Of a stretch of 64,000 nt of DNA, positions 55,965-64,000 are shown piece by piece; within the stretch, counting starts at the first letter, position 1, and each line of letters begins with the position of its first letter. The position numbers were made by a program, and so were the translations under genes. This DNA is from Bdellovibrionota bacterium FG-1 (GTDB taxonomy: Bacteria > Bdellovibrionota > UBA1018), in assembly GCA_051382295.1 (NCBI GenBank), contig JBBCAW010000002.1:1-64000 (forward strand), written 5' to 3'. The notes under the pieces are model-generated. The model saw only the letters and a list, made by a program, of their open reading frames with translations. It had not been told where the DNA came from and ran no database searches.

Positions 55965-57284
55965 CTATTTTCCCCTTTTGCGCATAATCAGGTGATAGGC
56001 TTCGCCATAATCTCCCTGGATAGATCCTTCGTTAACATGAATGTAATGAACAAAACAGGCCGAGATCACGAGCTGTCCCGTCCAAAGAGCACCTAAGAGC
56101 CATTTTGCCGCTTGAGTGTATCCGGCTAGACTCTGTTGACTATTCAATGCGAGTCGGGCCAGCCATACAAATTCGAGCGGAAAAGCGACCAAAATATAAT
56201 AGCGCCGAATATTTACCGTCGAAAGAGTCAGTAACAAACCGAAGCCCCAAATCGCGGAAATCAGGGCTAAATCTAGATTGCTTTTTGGCATGAGTTCCGC
56301 GCGAGAACGGTTCTTGATGCGGCGAAAAAGAGCGGGCAGTAAAAGCGCGGCTCCCGTCCCGAGGACCACAAGGTGAGCTACCGCATTGAGATACGTCGGT
56401 ACGCCACCGATCAAAGGGTATCGCACAAAATCCGAGATTTGCGCCCAGGTTGTTTGTCCCCGAAGCAGGCCGAGTGGATTGCCCAAGTGAAGCCCCAAAG
56501 GATTGGTGACCCAAAAAACCCAGAACTTGGCCTGAATCGCTTCGACCCAACCCCGGCCTACCGACTCCGGCGTGGGATGTTGAATGATCTGGGCCAGCCA
56601 AGGAATCAACGGCAACGCTCCCAGAATAGAACCTGCGAGCCATCCCGTCCACCGCACACGGGTCCGAGGTAACTCAGCGAGCGAAAAAATCAAAGTGCAA
56701 AGCACAAATCCCGCGGCATAAAAAAATCCGCTCATATGAATTTGCCCCAGCCAGGCCCCTACAAAACCCCAAATAAAAGCGCCCATCCAACGGTCTCGAA
56801 GCCACCAGCCGGCTAACATTAACATCGAAAATACCGGCAAAAAAGGCTCAGGCCAGAGTTTCCGCTGATAAAAAACGGCAAAAGGATTGACGAGCGCTAG
56901 CGCCATGGCCCATAGCCAAGGAGTACGGTCTTCGCGGGGCTTGAGAATTTTGAGAGCAAAGGGGAGTAAAAGGCAAATTCCGAGCAAAGCAAAAAGCTGT
57001 AAAGCGTGCGCGAGTTGCGTCGGCTGAGTGGCGCCGCTGAGACGCGCAAGCGCTTTAAAAACCCAGACACTCATTCCAGGGTTCGGAACGTAAACACCTG
57101 AAGGCATGCCCACCCAAGACCAGTCAGCGAGTTGGCTTTGCGTAAAGTCAAATTCCTCGTCTTCCTTATATTCCATGTCATCGGCATTGAGAACTCGGAG
57201 CAAGCACCCGGCAATCATCGAAAATATCAAAAACCATTTCCAATTTTTGGACAGATACGAGGTCGCGGGTTCTGGGAGTTTCAT
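55965..57284 (-). CDS. GT-C fold membrane glycosyltransferase (ArnT/PMT-like)
   Basis: First-loop YKEDE acidic motif; RKLW.P; QIHMS; many transmembrane segments. Confidence 0.7.
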   Translation of the reverse strand: MKLPEPATSYLSKNWKWFLIFSMIAGCLLRVLNADDMEYKEDEEFDFTQSQLADWSWVGMPSGVYVPNPGMSVWVFKALARLSGATQPTQLAHALQLFALLGICLLLPFALKILKPREDRTPWLWAMALALVNPFAVFYQRKLWPEPFLPVFSMLMLAGWWLRDRWMGAFIWGFVGAWLGQIHMSGFFYAAGFVLCTLIFSLAELPRTRVRWTGWLAGSILGALPLIPWLAQIIQHPTPESVGRGWVEAIQAKFWVFWVTNPLGLHLGNPLGLLRGQTTWAQISDFVRYPLIGGVPTYLNAVAHLVVLGTGAALLLPALFRRIKNRSRAELMPKSNLDLALISAIWGFGLLLTLSTVNIRRYYILVAFPLEFVWLARLALNSQQSLAGYTQAAKWLLGALWTGQLVISACFVHYIHVNEGSIQGDYGEAYHLIMRKRGK

Positions 57285-60124
57285 CGCACCTCCAACATTC
57301 GAAGCGCGCGAAATTCGGTGACTCGGCCACTGGTATAGGAATCCGGAATTTGAAATTCAGGCAGATCATCGGTGAGTGCGGGATGGACAATGACTTCGGC
57401 GGCGGGGTTTCTTCCCATCCGTGCGCGAAGAAATCCCGGGTCATGAAAATCCCGCATCTGAGGATAAAAACAGGGGAGGGGCAGCCAGTGATGGCGTTTG
57501 ATCACGGGCTTTGCCCAATACGAAAGCAGGATCAGCGCAGGTTTGGAAAACCAGAGACCGCGATCCAGCGGTAGGCGAACCTGTTGGACCCCGGCTTGTT
57601 GGATCTGGGAAGCCAGCGCCGCCAAAAGGCCGGGAATCAGATGAATATGGTGATGTCCATCGAGGTAGCGAGGGCAAACTCCGGCTTCGTTTAAAATTTG
57701 GAGTTGGTCGGCTAATTCCGCTTTCGCAGTTTTCAGGAACTCCTGGCGCCGAAGGCCAGGAAGGAGGGCTTGAATTAAAACTTTTCCAGGGGACCTTTTT
57801 GCATAGGTCAGATCAAAGTGAAGTCCGAGCTCAACCCCTGGGATGGTTTGAAGCTCCGCCAAGCCCTCTTTCAAAAACCGTGAATGGGCCATGAGTGAAA
57901 CTCGTCGGACGATTCCCAGGTGGGCCAGTTGTAAAATTCCTTGGTTCACGCCTGGTGTTAAGCCCCAATCATCGGCGGTGATGGCCTGCGAAAAAGGTTG
58001 GGGATGGTAATAGCCCTTACGGAAACGCAGGGCCAAAAGAGGAAGCCCGCGGAAGATATCCCAAATTTCGCCGCCAATTCGGCCAGGCGTTTTTTCTTGC
58101 GCCAAAAAAAGCTGCAATGGCAGATCCTCTTGTTTGAAACCAAAAGCACCTGCAATCAACCAGGCTTCTAATTCAAATAAAAATCCTGAAAATCGTTGCA
58201 ATGCAAAGACCTGGGTTGCGGCGCCCCGATCCATCATCCAAATTCCGGAATGGGTATCGGTGGTTTGAATCGGCAAAGTGAGACGAACCAAACGGTTAAA
58301 AGCTAATCCCATTCGATGTCGGCCATAGACCAGTGAAAGGTGTCGTACGGGAATTCTAAAACGAGTATCCCCCAAGCGCCGGTTGGCTCGCACGATGCGG
58401 ACTTTCTCTTTGCAAATGGTGTTTAAGGCTCGCTCATAAAAATCCAAGCCGCAGGGCTGTTCAATGTTCAGTGATGCAATGAATTCACCGTGGCTTGCCA
58501 AAAACCCATCTCGCAGAGCGGCCCCTCGCGCGGATACTTGAGGGGCCAAAAGGACTTGAAGGGTCTTGCCGGGGGCGCTCAGGCGGTTTTGAAGGAGAGT
58601 GAGTTTTTCCCACAATGGGTCTGATTCTGAAGATCCCCTCGTGCCAAAGGGAATAACCAAAATTTCGAAAGGGATGTTTTTTGAGCAAAAATACGCGTGG
58701 GTTTCTTCGAGTAGGCGCGTGACCCAAGAGCTTTCTAGGTTCGATTCGAGTTGCCGAGGAAGGGGCAAAAGCACGGACAGGGTGCCCGACTGTGCAGGGC
58801 GGGGCATCGCAGGCCAAGGGCTGAGTGAATGCACTGGGATCTGAGGTATTTTACGAAATTTGGGCGAAAGCCTTGCTCTGGAATGCATCCAGGCCTGTCT
58901 GAAAACGGCGGCCCCTAAAAAACACGTGGCAACCAGTGGGATGGAAGCCCTCTGAAGTGCAAAAAAGATCGTGGGCCCGACGACATCGAGGCCGGGAAGG
59001 GAAAGGGTGAGAAAGCCAAACAGCAGGGCGATGTTTTCAAAATGTCCGCGCTTAGGGCAGGCAAAAAGCAGGGCGACGGGAATGGCCATCGTGGTCAGTG
59101 AATATTTAAAGGTCTCCGGCATGAACCATAAATAGGGAAATACGCCCAGCGCGAAAAACAGGCCTTTTCCTAGGGGGTTTCGGGCACGTCTGAAAAACCA
59201 GAAGCTCAGAATGGCCAAACAGCCGAGGGCTACGCTACTGACATAGATCGGACTGACCGCATCTGAGTTGAGCCAACCCCATTTCACGGCACGGAGAAGG
59301 GCGCTTTTAATCGACTGACTGCCATAATGAGAGGCATCGTAGTAGACGGAGTCATTCAAGACGATTTCGAACCAACCGCGCCAAAGCATGATTAAGCGTT
59401 CAGTCGATCCGAGCCAAACTCCCAAAACTCCCGTTGCGACCACAAGCCAGGCCAGGGGCGCCAAAATAGCGCGCGCTCGTTGGACCGGGCGCGGATGATT
59501 GACAAATAACGTGTATAAAAATCCAGGACCGATTTTGAATACCGCAGGAATCAACAGTGCCGAGCCCGCCCAAGCAGCGCGTCCACGCATCCATCCGTAA
59601 AGTGCCCAACAGTAGCTCATGAACAAAAGACTGGAGCTTTGCCCAATGGTGAGGCAATCCAGGCAAAATCGCAGAATAAAGAAAAAAGCGGCCACCGAGA
59701 TCCAAAAGGTTTGGGTGGGGGTTTCACCCTTGCCGTGTCCTTTGCGAGTCAGACGCAGGGCCTGATGGATGCCCATAAAACCAAGGGCAAACCACAGAAG
59801 TTGTAAAAAATACCAGATCATCCGTGCATCAGGAAGTGAGAGTGCGGCAAAGGGCCTAAAGAGGATTAAAAGGGGCGGGGCATACCGAAAGGGCGAAGCG
59901 CCATCTCCGAGATTATAGATGAGTTCCCACAAGCCTTGTTTGGCTCGGGAAGCCGCGCGGTAATAGACTTCAAAGTCCGTGTAATCCGACTTGAGTTGAA
60001 CTTTATAGGCATAAAGCGGAACGATGATCAGTAGGGCGATGAGGGCAAGCCACCCTAACCCTCGGTTGAGGCGACGAATACTTTTTGCGGAGAGATTGCG
60101 GGGGACGGCCACGGTGCGATTCAT
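57281..60124 (-). CDS. Fusion of GT87-like membrane glycosyltransferase, degenerate GT2 and YdjC/ChbG deacetylase
   Basis: DFEVYYRA, FRYAPP, GQ, K; GT2-like middle domain; TADDWG, GLHFDLT, DGHHHIH, EVIVHP. Confidence 0.85.
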   Translation of the reverse strand: MNRTVAVPRNLSAKSIRRLNRGLGWLALIALLIIVPLYAYKVQLKSDYTDFEVYYRAASRAKQGLWELIYNLGDGASPFRYAPPLLILFRPFAALSLPDARMIWYFLQLLWFALGFMGIHQALRLTRKGHGKGETPTQTFWISVAAFFFILRFCLDCLTIGQSSSLLFMSYCWALYGWMRGRAAWAGSALLIPAVFKIGPGFLYTLFVNHPRPVQRARAILAPLAWLVVATGVLGVWLGSTERLIMLWRGWFEIVLNDSVYYDASHYGSQSIKSALLRAVKWGWLNSDAVSPIYVSSVALGCLAILSFWFFRRARNPLGKGLFFALGVFPYLWFMPETFKYSLTTMAIPVALLFACPKRGHFENIALLFGFLTLSLPGLDVVGPTIFFALQRASIPLVATCFLGAAVFRQAWMHSRARLSPKFRKIPQIPVHSLSPWPAMPRPAQSGTLSVLLPLPRQLESNLESSWVTRLLEETHAYFCSKNIPFEILVIPFGTRGSSESDPLWEKLTLLQNRLSAPGKTLQVLLAPQVSARGAALRDGFLASHGEFIASLNIEQPCGLDFYERALNTICKEKVRIVRANRRLGDTRFRIPVRHLSLVYGRHRMGLAFNRLVRLTLPIQTTDTHSGIWMMDRGAATQVFALQRFSGFLFELEAWLIAGAFGFKQEDLPLQLFLAQEKTPGRIGGEIWDIFRGLPLLALRFRKGYYHPQPFSQAITADDWGLTPGVNQGILQLAHLGIVRRVSLMAHSRFLKEGLAELQTIPGVELGLHFDLTYAKRSPGKVLIQALLPGLRRQEFLKTAKAELADQLQILNEAGVCPRYLDGHHHIHLIPGLLAALASQIQQAGVQQVRLPLDRGLWFSKPALILLSYWAKPVIKRHHWLPLPCFYPQMRDFHDPGFLRARMGRNPAAEVIVHPALTDDLPEFQIPDSYTSGRVTEFRALRMLEVR

Positions 60125-61689
60125 GTGAGGTGCGGTTTACGACAAATATACAGGATATCAGCAAACAAGAAATGGCTACATTTTCTGGATTGGACGCTAA
60201 ATCCTTTTTTTCGAAGGGAGCCTTCCCATTGGTTTTGGGAACGAAACTGAAGCTCCGTTTTCTTTTCAGAGCGGGTAAACCCCGTTGCCGTCGCTAATTT
60301 TTCGTAAGCGCGGTTGAACGTCGAGGTCGCTCCTTGCTCGGGGTTAACCTCCCGGACAATCAACGTCCCGCCGGGCTCAAGCAAATCAAAGGCCTGGGTA
60401 AAAAGGCGTTCCTGTTCTGCATAAGGAAAATAATGCATGACATCAATCATGGAAATGCCCGCAACACTTCCAGGTTTGACCCCGATTCCCGTTTGTCCGG
60501 GGTCACTGAGGGTTCCTTGCGAGTAGTTGAGATTTGTTACGGCTTGGCCGGCGTTTTGGGCAAGATGGATTCGGTCGGCGTCATGATCGAGTCCTAGGAC
60601 CGTTCTGTTGGGGGCATTGAGCGCTAAGGCCAGTGAAAATAAACCGTGACCGCAGCCCAAATCGAGAACGACTCCTTGAGACGGAAGGTGGGCGGCCATT
60701 TTCAAATAGGGCGTCAAACGCCAGCGGGCTTCTAAAAAAAATCGAGTGCCAAGCGGGGTTTTTGGATAACGGCTCAGAATTTGCGAAGGACGAAAAGAGA
60801 TCAAACCGGGCCCGTAAGCTTTTTTGAAGACATTACGGAAGGTGATTCGGGTCAGCCAAAAAGCGGCCAGAATGCTTTCGCGAATGACTCGAACGGTGCT
60901 TTTTTCAGAGTTGAGATGAAGAACCACGGGCAGTTCCATGTGGCGATAGCCCAAGCCGGCGGCGGCGAGAAAAAACTCCAGATCAAAAAAAAAGCCCGGA
61001 CAAACTTGGCGCTCAAAGCCCGCGCAAGCCAAGCGGCGGGACATGGCCTTGAGTCCGGCTTGCGTATCCGTGGTATGGATCGGAAAAAGCCATTGGACAA
61101 CGCGATTAAAGGCCAAGCCCAGGCGGTGTCGTTTGTAAGCTAAAGGAAGTAAGCCCACCGGAATATCAAAAATACTCGTTTTGAGCCTGCGATTACCGGT
61201 GACGAGGTCTGCGCCTTCCCGAAGTTCGCGGGCGGCGACATCAAAAAAATCCAGGTCATAAGGAAGGTCAGCGTCCGTAAAAAAAACCAGTCGACCGCGG
61301 GAGCTTTTAAAACCCGTTCGAAGGGCCGCGCCCTTTCCTTGCGGAAGACGATGAATACTCACCCGAACATGATCGAATTTTCGGGCAAGCTCTTGTGAAA
61401 CTTCAATGGATCGATCGGGTTGCGAACCTGGCTTTTGATAAACCGGAGGGTTGGGGATGAGGATAATCTCAAAGGAGTCGCCAAAAGTATGGGTCAAAAA
61501 CCGCGAGGCCACTGAAACGGTTTCAGCCAGGGAGTCGGCTGCGCCCCGGGCCGGAATCAGCAAAGAAACCTCAAGCGACGGCGTGGGATGCTCTAATTCA
61601 CCCAGTGCACCGAGCGCGCGCATTTCGGCCCAGAGGGGAGGCTGTTTTGCGTGAGTGGGCAACGGATTAGATTGAGCGAGTGGCGTCAT
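60121..61689 (-). CDS. Fusion of polyprenyl-phosphate sugar synthase-like GT2 and class I SAM methyltransferase
   Basis: GKGAALRTG, FTDADLPY, DTQAGLK, FFFDLE; VLDLGCGHG, IDVMHY, LEPGGTL. Confidence 0.88.
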   Translation of the reverse strand: MTPLAQSNPLPTHAKQPPLWAEMRALGALGELEHPTPSLEVSLLIPARGAADSLAETVSVASRFLTHTFGDSFEIILIPNPPVYQKPGSQPDRSIEVSQELARKFDHVRVSIHRLPQGKGAALRTGFKSSRGRLVFFTDADLPYDLDFFDVAARELREGADLVTGNRRLKTSIFDIPVGLLPLAYKRHRLGLAFNRVVQWLFPIHTTDTQAGLKAMSRRLACAGFERQVCPGFFFDLEFFLAAAGLGYRHMELPVVLHLNSEKSTVRVIRESILAAFWLTRITFRNVFKKAYGPGLISFRPSQILSRYPKTPLGTRFFLEARWRLTPYLKMAAHLPSQGVVLDLGCGHGLFSLALALNAPNRTVLGLDHDADRIHLAQNAGQAVTNLNYSQGTLSDPGQTGIGVKPGSVAGISMIDVMHYFPYAEQERLFTQAFDLLEPGGTLIVREVNPEQGATSTFNRAYEKLATATGFTRSEKKTELQFRSQNQWEGSLRKKGFSVQSRKCSHFLFADILYICRKPHLT

Positions 61690-62761
61690 CCACTTGAGCC
61701 TCAAATTGCGAAAGCATCTCAAAAATGAGTTCAGCGTCCGCTACGCTTTGAAGCGCAAGTCCGCAGGCGGGGGTATAAAGAGCTTGTTTCAGGACTTTTC
61801 GCACCAGATCCTGATCCGCGCCAAATGCACTTTTGAGGTCGCCGATGAGGGCCTGCACCAGAGCTCCGACATCCAGCGAACGAAGGATTCCGGGGCGTCC
61901 AGTAGGAATCACACCTAGGGCCAAACGGCCGTCACTTTCGATAAAACGACGCAAACCCGGACCACAGGCCAAAAGACTCCCGAGAGAAAGCGAAACATCG
62001 ATGGACAGATAATTTAAAGGGAGCGCAAGAACCGCGTTCCAATCCGTGTTGCTGCAACAATGAAGTCCAACTAAGACGCCCTCTTTGCGGAGTGCCTGAA
62101 TCATGACTTTAAGTTCTTGAAGTGCCATGACGTGGCGAGGATTGGAGGGTGAAAAACCGTAGAGTCCCGGTTCATCGAGAAAAAGAAGCGGCTGCGCCCC
62201 TTGTTCCTTAATTCGGGCTGACATGGCTAGGGCTCGAGCCATGACGAGTCGAAAAATTTGAGTCGAAAGTTCAGGGTTTTTTTCGCCAAAGGCTAAAGCA
62301 GAAATCGATTTCCCAGAGCTATCATGAAGTTGTAAAACCCATTGGGAAGTCATGGGTCCGGCAATTTGCATTTTAGCGATGGGGGTTTCACGTTCTGCAA
62401 GCTCCCAAATGAAAGGCTGCCAACAACTCGAAATCGAGGGCGTGGGTTCAAAAAGGGAGAGGGCCGACAAGGGAGTCGAGGACGCTCCACCCCGAAACGC
62501 GGATTCGAGTTTAGCGTTAAAATCCGAGGTGCGCGAGAACCAGATATCCGTGTTTAACGTGACTGAACCGTCTTTGCCTGCTTGCAAGCCTGGCAAGCCT
62601 TCCAGGGCTTGGGCGATCATGTATTCCCAGGGGTTGCGAATCGGAATTTGGGGCAGGTAGGGAATTCCAAATCGAAAGGAGTGTTCCAATGCCGCATCGA
62701 CATTGTGATGCGGAAGACTGCCAATGCCCGTGGTCCAAGGGCGTTTATCGATTGTCGTCAT
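61667..62761 (-). CDS. Single-barrel core methionine synthase-like protein (MetE C-terminal fold)
   Basis: TGIGSLPH, PQIP.R...EYM, K.QIAGP.T, LDEP, GLHCC, TPACGL. Confidence 0.8.
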   Translation of the reverse strand: MTTIDKRPWTTGIGSLPHHNVDAALEHSFRFGIPYLPQIPIRNPWEYMIAQALEGLPGLQAGKDGSVTLNTDIWFSRTSDFNAKLESAFRGGASSTPLSALSLFEPTPSISSCWQPFIWELAERETPIAKMQIAGPMTSQWVLQLHDSSGKSISALAFGEKNPELSTQIFRLVMARALAMSARIKEQGAQPLLFLDEPGLYGFSPSNPRHVMALQELKVMIQALRKEGVLVGLHCCSNTDWNAVLALPLNYLSIDVSLSLGSLLACGPGLRRFIESDGRLALGVIPTGRPGILRSLDVGALVQALIGDLKSAFGADQDLVRKVLKQALYTPACGLALQSVADAELIFEMLSQFEAQVDDATRSI

Positions 62762-64000
62762 CTAAGCCTCCGCGTTGTGAGCCCGTTGAACCCACTGAAA
62801 AGTAGGAGGCTTGGGGATGATGGAACACGAGCGCCGAAACGCTTGATTCAGGATCCATCATAAAGCCATCCGTCAGATTGACTCCAATTTCATCTGGGTT
62901 CAAGAGCTTCCAAAGTAAGGCCTGGTCGTCTAATCGGGGACAAGCAGGGTAGCCAAATGAATAACGCTTTCCTTGGTATTTGGCTTGAAATCGATCCATC
63001 ATCGTCATTTCGGGGGTATCCGGATAGCCCCACATTCTTCGAAGCTGGGAGTGCAGCCATTCCGCGTAAGCTTCGGCGGATTCCAGGGCGAGCGCCTGAA
63101 TAATATGGGATTTGAGATAATCTCCCCAGTTTTTCAGATTTTCGGAGAGTTCGCGAACCCCTTTACCGACGCTCACGACAAAAAACGCGACGTTATCCTG
63201 AAGGTCAGCGGGGTTTGGAATTTGGCCCGGCTGCGCGACTGGAAGAGTGTAATCTGAAAGGCAAAGCCCATCGACCTTTTGCTGGCGTGGAAACTCAAAA
63301 GTCACGGGCAGGCATTTTTCTTGGGAGTGCGGGAAAACCAAGAGCCGAGAGCCATCGGCCGCTGCTTTGAAAAAGCGGTAAACGGCCGACGGTCTCAGTA
63401 CGTCGGTGCCTTTATACTCGTCTTTGACCTCTTGAACAGCCTTCCAAATCGCTAGGGATTTTGGGTCCTGCTCCTCAAGTTCGGCCCGAATTTTTTGATC
63501 TGTGACGGCGGCTTCGAGTTTGCGCACCACGCCCCCTTTGATCCCTAGGTGGCGTCCATAAAGCATGAGGGGATTGATAAATTTCCAAACAGGCTCAATC
63601 GGGCTGTTTCGCAAAATATGTCGTTCGAAATCGGGGGGAGCGGGGATTTCACGTTCCGTCAGTAACGCTAAAGTACTGGGGCGGCGATCGGGCTCAGCCG
63701 TTACCGCCACTCGTGCGGTGGGTACTTTGGCCTTCGAGGCGGCTCGTCTGGTCGCGAGTTCTTCTTTGAATTTTGAAAAGCGCTCGGGATCCACGATGGT
63801 TTTTGCCAAATCTAAGCCCGACATGGCATCGGAGGCATAGGCCACTGTTCCGGAGTAGGCTCGGGCAATTTGATTATCCACAAAATTGCTCGAAAGTGCG
63901 GCCCCACCCACCATCATGGGGGTCTGAACTCCGGCGCGAGTAAAGTCTTCGGCCGTGGTGACCATTTGATGAGCCGATTTGACGAGCAGGCCTGAAAGAC
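62745..64000 (-). CDS. metH: Cobalamin-dependent methionine synthase, 3' part (B12-binding and activation domains)
   Basis: SGLLVKS..QM, MVGGAAL, YASDA, AEAYAEWLH, RYSFGYPACP, PESSVSA. Confidence 0.96.
   Translation of the reverse strand, partial: LSGLLVKSAHQMVTTAEDFTRAGVQTPMMVGGAALSSNFVDNQIARAYSGTVAYASDAMSGLDLAKTIVDPERFSKFKEELATRRAASKAKVPTARVAVTAEPDRRPSTLALLTEREIPAPPDFERHILRNSPIEPVWKFINPLMLYGRHLGIKGGVVRKLEAAVTDQKIRAELEEQDPKSLAIWKAVQEVKDEYKGTDVLRPSAVYRFFKAAADGSRLLVFPHSQEKCLPVTFEFPRQQKVDGLCLSDYTLPVAQPGQIPNPADLQDNVAFFVVSVGKGVRELSENLKNWGDYLKSHIIQALALESAEAYAEWLHSQLRRMWGYPDTPEMTMMDRFQAKYQGKRYSFGYPACPRLDDQALLWKLLNPDEIGVNLTDGFMMDPESSVSALVFHHPQASYFSVGSTGSQRGGLDDDNR

Overview
Bacterial chromosomal window, probably from a Bdellovibrionota/Oligoflexia-like predator. 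That placement is inferred from a TIGR02147-type regulator, a Bdellovibrio-type HNH gene, a TolQ plus two TolR (AglRQS-like) motor set and many secreted hypothetical proteins. Housekeeping content: polA; the yceD-rpmF-plsX-fabH-fabD-fabG-acpP-fabF-rpiB-glyA-nrdR-nusB run; nagA, trxA, tyrS and the 3' end of metH. Most interesting signals: (1) an overlapping minus-strand operon running metH, core Met synthase-like, GT2-methyltransferase fusion, GT87-pseudoGT2-YdjC triple fusion, GT-C, tyrS, which looks like an unusual lipid-linked amino-sugar modification system; (2) a toxin-antitoxin graveyard at 40.5-49.8 kb in which toxins are repeatedly destroyed while antitoxin parts are kept, including a three-fragment chimeric block bracketed by two TCGCA-N7-TGTGACTTAA sites; (3) a secreted-protein cluster with an NlpC/P60-like hydrolase and a coupled small partner; (4) sigma54-like and sigma28-like promoters in front of secreted proteins, one of them a kinase-like candidate effector; (5) a 33-bp dispersed REP-like repeat. 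No rRNA, tRNA, CRISPR array, transposase or integrase was recognised. All family calls are by eye from motifs, with no database searches.
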